Positions 1 to 10,271 of a DNA stretch of 58,506 nucleotides are shown one piece after another. The first letter of the stretch is position 1. Each line of letters starts with the position of its first letter. The notes under the pieces were generated by a model that saw only the letters and a program-made list of their open reading frames with translations, searched no databases and was not told the DNA's origin. The DNA comes from a virus (Duplodnaviria; Caudoviricetes): positions 1 through 58,506 of IMG/VR virus record IMGVR_UViG_3300020469_000054, one strand, 5' to 3'. The translations under genes and the position numbers were made by a program.

Positions 1-2804
1 GGAGCTTCTGTAGTACCACCAAGTTTAGAAACAGTAAGTTTATCGCCAGGAAGGTAATATGATCCAGTATCAGATAAAGTAGTTTGTTGAGCATCAACAA
101 TACCAACAATATTCATTACAACTTCTTCTGAAGTACCTCTATTAAGATAAATCTTGAAATTGGATCTAACTTCAGAAGCAGCATCCCAGTTCCTTGCAGT
201 TGTGCCAGATGATGCCCTAGTACACTCAATAAACTGGTTTAGAGACTTTTCTTTATATCTTATTATCTCATCATTAGCAATTACAATCTCACCGTTTCTT
301 TCTGGCCATCCAATAGTAGAGTCAACAGTAATAACGTCAGTTGTATCTATTAATCCTTCACCCAACTTTGTTTTGTAAGGAACAATGAAAGTACCTTCAA
401 TAGTTTCTTCAGATAAAACCAATTCATAAATTTCAAGGTCTGAAGTCTTAATTGCAATGTAATTTTCTACAAGAGCACTAGCATCTTTAACATTTTCGTC
501 TGCAATGTCCTCAAATTGCTGAACTAACGCATCTTTAATGTTTACTGGGTCACCACTTTCTAAAGTTGCCCTTAAAATCGTATTAATAGACCAAGTTGCA
601 CTAGAAGGTTTAATAATCTGATCTTTAGGGTAAGAAATCGAAACATCTTCACCATAAAGCAATTTAAAGAGATATGCAACACTATAAGAAGTACCTTTTG
701 TAGAATAGAAGGTTTTTATGTTCTTAATAGCATTTCTAACGTCAATACTTGCATAATCTAGTTTCGGAACGTCTGGTAAGTATTGTTCTGTATACTTATC
801 AAGTAATCTCTTAACAAATACTGCATCTAAGCAAGTAATAGCGTCATTTGTGGAATGTGTAGAAGCTACAGTCTCACCAGAGAATACAACGTCACCACTA
901 TTAGTAAATGAAGTAATTCCACTAGCAGCTCTAGCACATCCTTCAAATCTACACTTCTGATATCCAGATCCACCGTTAATTATCTCAAATCCAGTAACTT
1001 CACCTGTTCCAATTTCCACTGACGCTGTTGCTGAAGGTGGAGACTGAATAATAATTTTTGGAGGATTAGATTGACTATATCCAGTACCAAATTCAGTTAT
1101 ATTGATATCTGTAATCTGACCATTGAAGATTGCAGCAACAGCAGTTGCTCCTGATCCTCCAATAGAAGCACCAACATCATTAAGTCGATCATCAACAATA
1201 TAAACTGATGGGACATCATCATAACCACTTCCACCACTTAATATTTCAATATCAACCAATCTACCATCTGAATCAACCTTTGTTTCTAAAATTTGTGCTC
1301 CAACTGGATCAACAATCGCAATTCTAGGAGTTGTTGTATAACCTTGTCCCGCATTAAGAATAGTAATAGACTCAACTTCGCCTTTAGTATTCAATACAGA
1401 CTTAAAAGTTGCTATAATAGGATCTTCACCTGTTGGTTCATCCACATAAACTGTAGGAGCAGTAGTATATCCGCTTCCACCATCTGTAACAGACACTACA
1501 CCACTAAAAGATCCCCCAACGATAGTTGGAGTGCCTAAAGTTGCTCCACCTGGTTGTGCAAAGGTAACCCTTGGTATAAATGTATATCCACTACCAGAAT
1601 CTTCAACTACTATTTCAGATACTGTACCATCTACTACTTTAGCACTAAGTTTTGCTGGTGTACCACCTTCTTTTGTTGGAGACTGAATATTTACCGTAGG
1701 TGGGTTAGTTGTACTATATCCTTTACCGCCACCAAGTAACTGTGTGTTCTTAATACCATTAATTAATGATCTAACTGCGGCATTCGATCCTGTTTTAGAC
1801 TTAATACTAACTTTAGGTGCGTATTCAAACCTATAATCCTTTCCAGTTTCACTAATTTCAATATCTATGATTTCACCATTGTCATTAACACGGGAAAAAC
1901 CAACTCCACCTGATCCAAAAGACGGAATTGGTGCTTCAATAGAGAACAGTGCTAATTTTCTTCCAACTAAAGGTATGAAATTGAAAGAAATTGTGGTTTC
2001 ATCAAAAGTAAAGTCTGTTTTTGGTGTTAATAAATTACCATCATAAATTGCGATGATATACTCATCAACTACTGCTCGATAAGGTTGCGTATTCCTCGTA
2101 ATATTAAAACTCGTCTTATTATCACCAAAATCATTAGAAATATCGTCTAACGCTAAAATTGGGTCTTCAGAAAAACCTTTTAGATATGTAATATTTGTAG
2201 ATTCAAACCCATCAGAAACTGTCTTAGCTCTAGGTGGGGTAGTAAAGTTAATACTGTTATTACCAATAGTATAATCAACTCCACCCACTAAAACCTTATT
2301 ATAAACTTTTACAATAAGATGTTGTGGAGATGATGGACTTACAGGACTATTTTGTGATAGTAATGGAAATGAGTTCTTAACACCATCAAAATCATTAATA
2401 GGATTAGAAAGACCAATCCACTTTATTTTTACCTGATCATAAGAAATACCTGGACTTAAAGCAACACTAGGAGAAGGAATTGCACTCTCATAAAAAATTA
2501 CCTCATTATTAATTAAAATACTACCATTCTTATCAAGAAATGAGTCTACGTTTTCAACTGTTAATGTAGTAGAATCTACTGCAGCATCCTGTACAAGTTT
2601 TGTCGATCCATCAAGAATATCAATGTTTAACTTATCAATATTTAAATATTGTAAGAAATCATTTAAGATATTCTGACCATATCCCGTTTTTTCTTGGGAT
2701 TTATAGTAATATTCAAGTAATTTATTAAGAAGAGGGTGATTATCTTCAACAAACTGCGGTAACTGCTTGCTTACTACCTGAGAAACCTTATTTGTGGTCG
2801 TCAT
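1..2804 (-). CDS. Large baseplate wedge protein (cyanophage gp7-like); runs off the window edge
   Basis: Not in the ORF track because it is truncated. ATG at 2804 reads MTTTNKVSQVVSKQLPQFVEDNHPLLNKLLEYYYKSQEK. It has repeated GxGY(T/S)xxP beta modules and lies directly after gp6. Confidence 0.8.
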   Translation of the reverse strand, partial: MTTTNKVSQVVSKQLPQFVEDNHPLLNKLLEYYYKSQEKTGYGQNILNDFLQYLNIDKLNIDILDGSTKLVQDAAVDSTTLTVENVDSFLDKNGSILINNEVIFYESAIPSPSVALSPGISYDQVKIKWIGLSNPINDFDGVKNSFPLLSQNSPVSPSSPQHLIVKVYNKVLVGGVDYTIGNNSINFTTPPRAKTVSDGFESTNITYLKGFSEDPILALDDISNDFGDNKTSFNITRNTQPYRAVVDEYIIAIYDGNLLTPKTDFTFDETTISFNFIPLVGRKLALFSIEAPIPSFGSGGVGFSRVNDNGEIIDIEISETGKDYRFEYAPKVSIKSKTGSNAAVRSLINGIKNTQLLGGGKGYSTTNPPTVNIQSPTKEGGTPAKLSAKVVDGTVSEIVVEDSGSGYTFIPRVTFAQPGGATLGTPTIVGGSFSGVVSVTDGGSGYTTAPTVYVDEPTGEDPIIATFKSVLNTKGEVESITILNAGQGYTTTPRIAIVDPVGAQILETKVDSDGRLVDIEILSGGSGYDDVPSVYIVDDRLNDVGASIGGSGATAVAAIFNGQITDINITEFGTGYSQSNPPKIIIQSPPSATASVEIGTGEVTGFEIINGGSGYQKCRFEGCARAASGITSFTNSGDVVFSGETVASTHSTNDAITCLDAVFVKRLLDKYTEQYLPDVPKLDYASIDVRNAIKNIKTFYSTKGTSYSVAYLFKLLYGEDVSISYPKDQIIKPSSATWSINTILRATLESGDPVNIKDALVQQFEDIADENVKDASALVENYIAIKTSDLEIYELVLSEETIEGTFIVPYKTKLGEGLIDTTDVITVDSTIGWPERNGEIVIANDEIIRYKEKSLNQFIECTRASSGTTARNWDAASEVRSNFKIYLNRGTSEEVVMNIVGIVDAQQTTLSDTGSYYLPGDKLTVSKLGGTTEA

Positions 2805-2811
2805 TTAACTT

Positions 2812-4857
2812 CTAAAAACAGGAGATGTTTGCCAAGTTGCCAGCATTATTAAGATCAGGAATATCAATAACAGTAGGGGTAATTTCAAAGTTTTCTGGCG
2901 TAAGACTATTTAGTGGGATAGTCGAAGGTAGATCTGTACCTAATGGAGAAACGGATATAGTTGGGACTATAATCTCAATGACGGTACCTGGATCTGGGGT
3001 GTATATGATGGATGGGTTGGATGGTATTGCTTGGACTGCAATCTGGAATACTTGTCCAGTAATAACAACTGTAGTCTCGTCAATATTACCTGAAAGATCA
3101 ATTACAGGAACATTTCCACCAGCACCAACAATGTTAACTGGTCCAAAGCATATTTGACCAGTATTGTAGTCAACTGTGCCTCCTTTTGGATTTGTAATAA
3201 TTTTTCTAGTACCACTGATATAGAAAACTACTAAATTGCCAAATCCATCATCCTCAAAGTATTGATCTATAGATGGTCTATCCGCAAGTCTAAATTTAGA
3301 CGATTTGATGATAGGTTCTTTTTTACATGCACTTGTTTCAGTTGTTGTAACAGTTGCGGTAATACCTTCAGTAATTTCGATATTTGGAGCACTATCTAGT
3401 AAAGGTGATCCAGTTGACACACAATATGTATTGGATGTATTACCAGTAGCATTAATATACTGTACAATTGAAATCTGGGTGGAAGTATCAGTTACGTTTG
3501 GATCTGAGGAAGTAACTGCTTTTTGGAATTTATTTAAACTGAAATTGTTATTAAAGTTATTAATTTCTTCCTGTTGTGCCCATTCAGTTATAGAATCTTG
3601 TATATTTGTTGAAATTGTAGATACATCTCTAGATGCAGTAGATGGATCATAGGTAGCAAAGACTCTAGGATAAACAAATAGGGTCTTAGTATCAACAATA
3701 ACAGGTTCAATAGATGCCATAGCATATGTTTTAAGCTGTGACACTAATTGGAGCTTTGTAGCATCGTTTAGGGATGATCCAGTCCTAGTTTTTATAGCAA
3801 TGTATACTTTTCCATAAACAGGAGGATTTAATTCATCTCCACCGTATGCAGCAACTGTTTTAGCATTTGAATATATCCTTTTTACGATAGTTTCGTAATC
3901 CTGAATAGTTACTGCCCTATTTTGTGCTGCATAGTACCTAGGAGCATTAAATTTAATAGATTCAACAGATTCTGCACTCTCTCCTAATTGTGCCTTATCA
4001 CCCAACGTAAGGGTCGCTACACTAGCACCATAACCTACGCCATTACTATCAGTAAACTTGCCTACAAAGGCAAATACGCTAGTATCGTTGCCCTTAGAAC
4101 CTTGAGTAACAATATATTCAAAATCAATAATCTCACCATCTACTAATTTCCTTCCAATAACTCCATCACCAAAGAAAACTTCAAATCTCTTATCTTCAGT
4201 TTCAGATAAGAAATATACTCTATCAGTACTCTTAACCTCAGTTATGTTCTCAACCAAATTATAACTATCAGAAGTAGTGCTACTTGCATTTGGACGCACC
4301 CTTACTGAAAGTGTTGAAGTATCAACATTCTCAGAAGTAATTATGTATCTCTGTTTTGCAAAGTTATCTACAGTGTAAGAATAGTTTATAATACTACCTT
4401 CTTGCACTTTCATATTATGAAAATTCGCTTTTCCTGTAGTTTGATCAACTTCTACAGTAACTGGATCTAAAATATTCCACACTAAGTTACCACCTGTTGC
4501 AGAAAGACCTTTTAGAAGAGTTATATTATTGGGATATGATCCTGAAGTCTGTGAAGTCTGCACTTCTATGTGTACACACGCTTTTGATGCAACAACAGAC
4601 CTTGGACAATAATCTAACAGTTTTGCAATATTAACAACATTGTCTCTAACAGTAGAAGAAGAAATGAATGCCTCATTCATGGACATATTTGCCATGAATG
4701 AAGAATAATATGTGTTATACGCTAACACATCAATCATATATGATAAACCTGACCCCTCAAAATCATAATCTATGAACTCATCTCTAGTTCTTAGATATGT
4801 TTTAATAGAAGATTTAATATCTTCAAACCCAAGTGTTGTTAAATTATTTGGTAACAT
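2812..4857 (-). CDS. gp6: Baseplate wedge subunit gp6
   Basis: Motifs FEDIKSSIKTYL, DYDFEGSGLS..IDVLAYNTYY and ESIKFNAPRYYAAQNRAVT..DY; sits next to gp25. Confidence 0.93.
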   Translation of the reverse strand: MLPNNLTTLGFEDIKSSIKTYLRTRDEFIDYDFEGSGLSYMIDVLAYNTYYSSFMANMSMNEAFISSSTVRDNVVNIAKLLDYCPRSVVASKACVHIEVQTSQTSGSYPNNITLLKGLSATGGNLVWNILDPVTVEVDQTTGKANFHNMKVQEGSIINYSYTVDNFAKQRYIITSENVDTSTLSVRVRPNASSTTSDSYNLVENITEVKSTDRVYFLSETEDKRFEVFFGDGVIGRKLVDGEIIDFEYIVTQGSKGNDTSVFAFVGKFTDSNGVGYGASVATLTLGDKAQLGESAESVESIKFNAPRYYAAQNRAVTIQDYETIVKRIYSNAKTVAAYGGDELNPPVYGKVYIAIKTRTGSSLNDATKLQLVSQLKTYAMASIEPVIVDTKTLFVYPRVFATYDPSTASRDVSTISTNIQDSITEWAQQEEINNFNNNFSLNKFQKAVTSSDPNVTDTSTQISIVQYINATGNTSNTYCVSTGSPLLDSAPNIEITEGITATVTTTETSACKKEPIIKSSKFRLADRPSIDQYFEDDGFGNLVVFYISGTRKIITNPKGGTVDYNTGQICFGPVNIVGAGGNVPVIDLSGNIDETTVVITGQVFQIAVQAIPSNPSIIYTPDPGTVIEIIVPTISVSPLGTDLPSTIPLNSLTPENFEITPTVIDIPDLNNAGNLANISCF

Positions 4858-5276
4858 TAGGATGGTCTCGCTAATACAAACTGAATGGTCTCCGTTATTG
4901 GCAAACCAATAATATTATATTCTAAACTCACAGTAACGGAATTATTATCATAATCAGGTATACATCTGAGATTCGTTACAGTAACTCGTTTTTCATAGTT
5001 ACTGATTGTGTTCCTAATCTCAACTTGCAATGAATCAATCATAAACGGATCTAGAGGCTCAAAAAGCATCTTATATACACTAGATCCAAATTTAGGATTA
5101 AATAATTTTTCACCAGGAGCAGTTAAAACTATATTTCGTATAGATTGCTTTATAGATTCTTCATTAGTCACTGGTGATATGTCATGAGTAAAGGGATTTT
5201 TAAGAATACTCATAGAGATATCCTTAAAAGCTCTAGACCTCTTTATGTCAGCACTGGTTATTGACTTTAACGCCAT
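4857..5276 (-). CDS. gp25: Baseplate wedge subunit gp25
   Basis: SIKQSIRNIVLTAPGEKLFNPKFGS...YEKRV is the GPW/gp25 signature. Confidence 0.93.
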   Translation of the reverse strand: MALKSITSADIKRSRAFKDISMSILKNPFTHDISPVTNEESIKQSIRNIVLTAPGEKLFNPKFGSSVYKMLFEPLDPFMIDSLQVEIRNTISNYEKRVTVTNLRCIPDYDNNSVTVSLEYNIIGLPITETIQFVLARPS

Positions 5277-5304
5277 TTATAGAAAAAGATCTATTATTCT
5301 TAGT

Positions 5305-5311
5305 TATTTAT
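5305..5311 (-). promoter_or_regulatory. T4-type late promoter (ATAAATA)
   Basis: ATAAATA about 30 nt upstream of the gp25 start. Confidence 0.65.
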
Positions 5312-5324
5312 CGGGGTTTTCAAT

Positions 5325-5350
5325 AAAAAAGGACTCCGAAGAGTCCTCTT
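5325..5350 (-). terminator. Intrinsic terminator
   Basis: AGGACTC-TTCG-GAGTCCT hairpin (UUCG loop) followed by a T-run on the minus strand. Confidence 0.8.
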
Positions 5351-5352
5351 GT

Positions 5353-5499
5353 CTATTTGCCTTGTCCACGAGGTCGTTTTGGTGCTTTATTACGAGATGA
5401 AGCAGTATACTTTGAATGTTTACCTTTTCCTTGTCTCGTCTTTTTGGGGATAGATTCTACATAACTACCACCGCTATTCCAAGCGACTTTCATTGCCAT
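5353..5499 (-). CDS. Small basic hypothetical protein (48 aa)
   Basis: Read manually: MAMKVAWNSGGSYVESIPKKTRQGKGKHSKYTASSRNKAPKRPRGQGK. It fills the gap between PAAR and the terminator. Confidence 0.7.
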   Translation of the reverse strand: MAMKVAWNSGGSYVESIPKKTRQGKGKHSKYTASSRNKAPKRPRGQGK

Positions 5500-5502
5500 A
5501 AT

Positions 5503-6006
5503 TTAAACTCCGATAAAAACATTAGGTGATCCTGTTGCAATCAACGATAGACATGGAGGTCCGAGTGGATCACCCACTCTACACGCTCGTCTAGCATTGA
5601 TGAACACGGTTTTGGTTGTTGCCAACGCTTTTCTAATATGAGCTCCTCCACCAGCAATATCTTCCACACAAAGAGTTTGTGTTGGACATGTGAGAGGTGG
5701 GGGTGGATATTTACATCCTGCTCGTATTACAATTTGTGTGCATGTTGGAGGGTGATTAGTTAAAAGATCTTGATCGACAATAGGAAAATTGCCGTTGATA
5801 ATAACATTACCCACAATTTGCATCACATTGAGAGGCGTTTGCGGAAATGGAGGCCATATATTAGTAGCATCCATTTGTGCGATGGACTTTTTGGGTGCAG
5901 TTTTGCACGTTCCACCGCAACTTACTGTAGCATGGACATTAGCTGGAATGCAACGTCCATGTCCACTATCACTTCCTATAAAAACTGCTGCTGATAATCC
6001 TGCCAT
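5503..6006 (-). CDS. PAAR-like spike-tip protein (gp5.4-like)
   Basis: Probable start MAGLSAAV at 6006. Motifs GSDSGHG, TVFINARRACRVGD and IATGSPNVFIG. Confidence 0.8.
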   Translation of the reverse strand: MAGLSAAVFIGSDSGHGRCIPANVHATVSCGGTCKTAPKKSIAQMDATNIWPPFPQTPLNVMQIVGNVIINGNFPIVDQDLLTNHPPTCTQIVIRAGCKYPPPPLTCPTQTLCVEDIAGGGAHIRKALATTKTVFINARRACRVGDPLGPPCLSLIATGSPNVFIGV

Positions 6007-8591
6007 TAGAAGGGGTTTCCGTATGCAGCCACTGTAGCTGCGTAAGTATTGGTTGATTTTGTCATATGATGACGTATATGTTGTTGACCTGATGCAGACC
6101 AACCTCTACATCCTGGACCTTGGACTTGACCTGACACAACATAACTGTATGTACTAGTTATACCAGTACTTCCATCATAAGTTGAAAAATCACTTGGTGG
6201 AGTAGGAGCACTACAAGTAAAATGCCCACATCCAGATTCAAGAGGTTCATGACCTAAAGTAACAGTAAAGTAGATATCCTTTCTAGGATCTGATCTATAC
6301 TGTTTCATATAATATTTAGTGCCTGGTGAAGCATGGGGCACATCAAGGAATCTACGCTGCACAGTCCTTACACTATTCTCATCATAGGTAATACTATCAG
6401 GTACACCAGTTACTTGAGTAATATTAGTTAATTGTTCTTGTATTTGACCATTATGTGCTCCATATGCATTTTTTAGATCCGTATCTAACTGATCCAATAA
6501 AGACCTATCAATCTCAATTTGATTTACATTTTCCATTAATGCTTCTTTTGGTATAGGTCTATCTAAAGGCACGACATTTTCACGCACTTTCGCAATCACA
6601 GATGGACTGTATAATCTTTGAGGAAGATCTATAACTCGTTTTACAAAAGGATCTACTTGCACTTCCGTGTTTGGATCAGGAATTGTCATATCTCTTGAAG
6701 ATTTTGACGCTTCTCTAACAGCTATAGTAGCATCCCAATAGGGGTTAGTTTCTGCAGGATTGATAATATAATCAATCAACTTCTTTTGATATGCAGTTTC
6801 TTCCTTATCAGTTGCTGCATAATCCCGAAATATCTGCATTAATTCATTATACTGGTCTTCTTCATCAGGAACACCATCCCAAACTGTGTTAGTTACCTCT
6901 GGATCAAAGTGTCTAATCCAAAAATCTGGTGGGTAATCCTGATTATACCCAGATCCAACGTCAATAATCGTTACTGCAGTAAGAACACCGTTAGTAAATG
7001 TGCCTTCTGCCTTCGCAGTCTTACCAGTAACGATTGGAGGACTTGAAATTTGTATCTCTTTCTTCAGATTTGATGGTAATTTGTCCCAAGATTGCCCTCC
7101 ATCGTTAATTGTAACGCCAGAAACGTATCCATTAGTGATTTGCACGCTAACATCGGGTTGTTCTATGTCAGTCCATACATTTGGAGCACCAGGTTTGACA
7201 CTATGAGTCGTATATTGGATAGATTTATCAAAAAACTCGAATAATCCACCGTAAAAAGCACGATCTTTGATGCCATGACCTGCAATTGCGGTAATTACGT
7301 GGTTACGACTTGATGTATACTGCGTATCTTTAGTGAAAGCACTCCCTCTTTCATCCAAATACGCTATATGGTAAGGAAAATTGTCTAAATCTGTATGTTG
7401 GACACGCATTACGAGGTGTCCATTGAGCATATCGCCAGGAATCATGACATCAAATGCAGCTCCACCACTTAAACTAGTGGTTGGGGCAAGTGCTGTAACC
7501 TTTAAGGCAATAGTAAAGGTAGTTTCATCACCACTTGGGTGTCTATGGGTATGCTGAATATTAAAAACATCGCCAACAGCATAGTTTTGACCTGGAGAAA
7601 TCATCTCCATTACCTCCCATTCTGTTCCTGTGATAGTAACTGGCTCATTTGTATCGTCAAGTGCTGGTCTAATTCTACATTTTACTGATAACCCAGTCTT
7701 AATTCCATTTTGAAACACTGGACCATCAAAAACTTCAAACGTTTGAAACTCAACCTCTGAGTTTTCCCATCCCATTTGATTAGTTGCAACAGGATCTGCA
7801 CTATAATCGTAGTTGCTCCACGCTGGTAAGTCTATAGATTGTTGAGTATATACGAAATTTAACCCTGAGACCCCATTAGGAACTGCTGTAGCAAGCTCAT
7901 CATACTGAAACACCACTTTATTGCTATCGGTGCCTATGGCGAATACAAGGGGATATGGGCAATCTGGGTCACCTGTCTCATCGGGACCATTATATGTGTA
8001 TCTAATATATGTTTGATCTGGAGTGCAATAGAAACCTGAGCATTGCTCACATTCTCCTTTTGTTGCTTCTGCTGTTGCTTGACCAGTTTGTACTAAACCT
8101 TCAGTCGTAACATGATAACAAGGCACTCCAATTATACCTGCATTGATTCCCATGTCATAAACATATCCAAACCAAGTATCACTATCCATTGGTTGAAAGG
8201 ATAGTCCGTTAGGGAAGAAGTCAAATAAGACTGCTCCACAATCAATCAACTTTAAGTTCTTACCACAGTTTGTTATACTTACACCATCATAGTTTGCTGG
8301 TGATCCATAATTCACTCCTCCACCATAAGTGGGTGGATAAGGAGATGATATTAGATTATTATAACAAACTGCATCTCTATCTTCCTCTTTTAAACCTGTA
8401 GGTTGCACAATAGGAGGATATACAGGTGCATCTATAATTCTAGCAGGACCAAACGAAGGGTCAGGCATACTTGCATGACAATGTGTTATTAGGTTTCCTT
8501 CACCACTATAGTAACCATCGTCTAGTCTTCCGATTTCTCTACACAATGACCCATCTGTATGGCAACCGCCTTGTCTTCTTTTAGTAGTCAT
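6006..8591 (-). CDS. Putative virion structural protein (861 aa)
   Basis: Long ORF coupled to PAAR, with GxGY beta modules similar to those in the baseplate proteins. Confidence 0.6.
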   Translation of the reverse strand: MTTKRRQGGCHTDGSLCREIGRLDDGYYSGEGNLITHCHASMPDPSFGPARIIDAPVYPPIVQPTGLKEEDRDAVCYNNLISSPYPPTYGGGVNYGSPANYDGVSITNCGKNLKLIDCGAVLFDFFPNGLSFQPMDSDTWFGYVYDMGINAGIIGVPCYHVTTEGLVQTGQATAEATKGECEQCSGFYCTPDQTYIRYTYNGPDETGDPDCPYPLVFAIGTDSNKVVFQYDELATAVPNGVSGLNFVYTQQSIDLPAWSNYDYSADPVATNQMGWENSEVEFQTFEVFDGPVFQNGIKTGLSVKCRIRPALDDTNEPVTITGTEWEVMEMISPGQNYAVGDVFNIQHTHRHPSGDETTFTIALKVTALAPTTSLSGGAAFDVMIPGDMLNGHLVMRVQHTDLDNFPYHIAYLDERGSAFTKDTQYTSSRNHVITAIAGHGIKDRAFYGGLFEFFDKSIQYTTHSVKPGAPNVWTDIEQPDVSVQITNGYVSGVTINDGGQSWDKLPSNLKKEIQISSPPIVTGKTAKAEGTFTNGVLTAVTIIDVGSGYNQDYPPDFWIRHFDPEVTNTVWDGVPDEEDQYNELMQIFRDYAATDKEETAYQKKLIDYIINPAETNPYWDATIAVREASKSSRDMTIPDPNTEVQVDPFVKRVIDLPQRLYSPSVIAKVRENVVPLDRPIPKEALMENVNQIEIDRSLLDQLDTDLKNAYGAHNGQIQEQLTNITQVTGVPDSITYDENSVRTVQRRFLDVPHASPGTKYYMKQYRSDPRKDIYFTVTLGHEPLESGCGHFTCSAPTPPSDFSTYDGSTGITSTYSYVVSGQVQGPGCRGWSASGQQHIRHHMTKSTNTYAATVAAYGNPF

Positions 8592-8881
8592 TGTTGTAAT
8601 TCCTTTATCTTTGCGTATAACATATCAAAATTATCACCTATATTCATATATCCTTCTTCACCTACTGGTCTATACATGATCTTATCGGGTGTAGGTATCT
8701 TAGATAATGTCTTTTCAATCTCTTCTATACGATCAACAATTATCTTTTGATTAGAGGTAATCTTGATAATAGTCTCATTTACTACGTCAAAAGCATCTTT
8801 GGTCTCTTTAAAGGACTTTTCAATCTCTTTAAAGTTGGCCTCGATGGTCTTCATATCTTCAGATGAAAATTGCTTAGTCAT
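8588..8881 (-). CDS. Hypothetical coiled-coil protein
   Basis: ORF track; ATGA overlap with the next gene. Confidence 0.65.
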   Translation of the reverse strand: MTKQFSSEDMKTIEANFKEIEKSFKETKDAFDVVNETIIKITSNQKIIVDRIEEIEKTLSKIPTPDKIMYRPVGEEGYMNIGDNFDMLYAKIKELQQ

Positions 8882-8913
8882 TTTAAGATTGTGGTCGCTC
8901 GGTGGGGAGGGTT

Positions 8914-9081
8914 TTATTCTTCAACTTTCTTCAGTGTAAAACTATTTGATACATCATCTACTTCAAACTCTAATTCAGTGCCTTCATACCATCCAAGGTC
9001 TTCACAAACTTCATCAGGTATATGTATGGATAACTCCTCAAATTCGTTGAGCTCAAGTTTAAGGGTGAATCTTTTTGACAT
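8914..9081 (-). CDS. AbrB/MazE/SpoVT-like small DNA-binding protein (55 aa)
   Basis: Read manually: MSKRFTLKLELNEFEELSIHIPDEVCEDLGWYEGTELEFEVDDVSNSFTLKKVEE, with an IP..V...LGW..G..L.F swapped-hairpin pattern. Confidence 0.65.
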   Translation of the reverse strand: MSKRFTLKLELNEFEELSIHIPDEVCEDLGWYEGTELEFEVDDVSNSFTLKKVEE

Positions 9082-9086
9082 GTCTC

Positions 9087-9296
9087 TTATAACCTATTAT
9101 TTATGGGATAGTTGGAAGGATGACCTGCTTTCCAATCTTCCCATGCACTAATAACTGCCTTAGAGTCTGTTGTCAGACCATCTAAGACACACTTATCAGC
9201 ACAGGCATAGATTCTACTGTCTAAGAAACCTTCATATTTTAAAATCTGCTCCATACACCATACACGATCATCTTGGTAATCTTGTCTAAAATTCAT
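9087..9296 (-). CDS. Hypothetical protein
   Basis: ORF track; co-oriented and tightly packed. Confidence 0.6.
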   Translation of the reverse strand: MNFRQDYQDDRVWCMEQILKYEGFLDSRIYACADKCVLDGLTTDSKAVISAWEDWKAGHPSNYPINNRL

Positions 9297-9474
9297 AGTA
9301 GGCGTAAAATGTTCTTGGCGATTTTTTTATATGTATAAGGAAAAAATATTTTTAATAATATAACATGCCCTGTCGGGTACCTTTGTAGGTTAGGGTAGTG
9401 GCCGTTTTTAACATTTAAGGGGGTTAATTTAACTGCCTGATTAACATTTAAGAGAGGGCTAATAACCCTCTCTA

Positions 9475-9503
9475 AGTATACATCACTAACTGTTAATTGT
9501 CAA
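9475..9503 (-). promoter_or_regulatory. Sigma70-like promoter
   Basis: TTGACA-17 nt-TATACT on the minus strand. Confidence 0.7.
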
Positions 9504-9517
9504 CCTATTGTTTATAC

Positions 9518-9622
9518 CTATAGCACTGTATCTACTGTTGCTACGATATCATCCAAGACGGATAAGATTTCATTGCCATTGTTTGCATTTTCTAGAAGGA
9601 AGATTGCGAATGTTTGTGACAT
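9518..9622 (-). CDS. Small hypothetical peptide (34 aa)
   Basis: Read manually: MSQTFAIFLLENANNGNEILSVLDDIVATVDTVL. Confidence 0.45.
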   Translation of the reverse strand: MSQTFAIFLLENANNGNEILSVLDDIVATVDTVL

Positions 9623-9699
9623 TTTAATGATGTAAGTTAGGGGTCAATTGTGTAACTTTAGGGCAAACACATTCCACATTGATTGTTGTTACTAACTGT

Positions 9700-9891
9700 T
9701 TAGTTATTCTCGTCCTTAATTGATAAGTACCATCCAATCGATTTGATATAATCAAAACAGGAATGTCTCGGCAATTCTTTATACCTATCTCCTCTAGAGT
9801 TTCTAATAGCGTCCATGTACAATTCTAAGTCAGTTACTGAATAGAACGTGCCATGCAATTTGCCCTTTTCATCCTCAACGAGATACTGCAT
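9700..9891 (-). CDS. Hypothetical protein
   Basis: Start moved to MQYLVEDE because a consensus promoter lies inside the longer ORF call. Confidence 0.6.
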   Translation of the reverse strand: MQYLVEDEKGKLHGTFYSVTDLELYMDAIRNSRGDRYKELPRHSCFDYIKSIGWYLSIKDENN

Positions 9892-9915
9892 TTTGCCTTT
9901 CAAACTAACAGTCTT

Positions 9916-9944
9916 ATTATAAACGGTTTCTGATAGTTTGTCAA
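9916..9944 (-). promoter_or_regulatory. Consensus sigma70 promoter
   Basis: Exact TTGACA-17 nt-TATAAT. Confidence 0.8.
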
Positions 9945-10271
9945 GTGATTGGTGTTGGATTGTTAACATTGGTTTCAGAGTAATTCGGAGTGTTAAGAGA
10001 TACTTGACTTTCGATAATTAACACGCTAAGACTACATTTTCTCCACAGGTTTTTCCACACTATCTAACACTCAACCTAGTTTAATTAACCATTTAATTGT
10101 TTTCAACATTTTACGGTAAGTTTTCCACATTGTTGTTAATAACTCTCCATAATCTGTGTTTTCTGATATACTCCCACTGCATAACGATTAACTCCTTAAG
10201 TGTTATCCAAACATAGTTAATCTGCTCTCCGTGGGTAACATCGTAGTGACTGTAATCCTTTTTGTTAGTTG

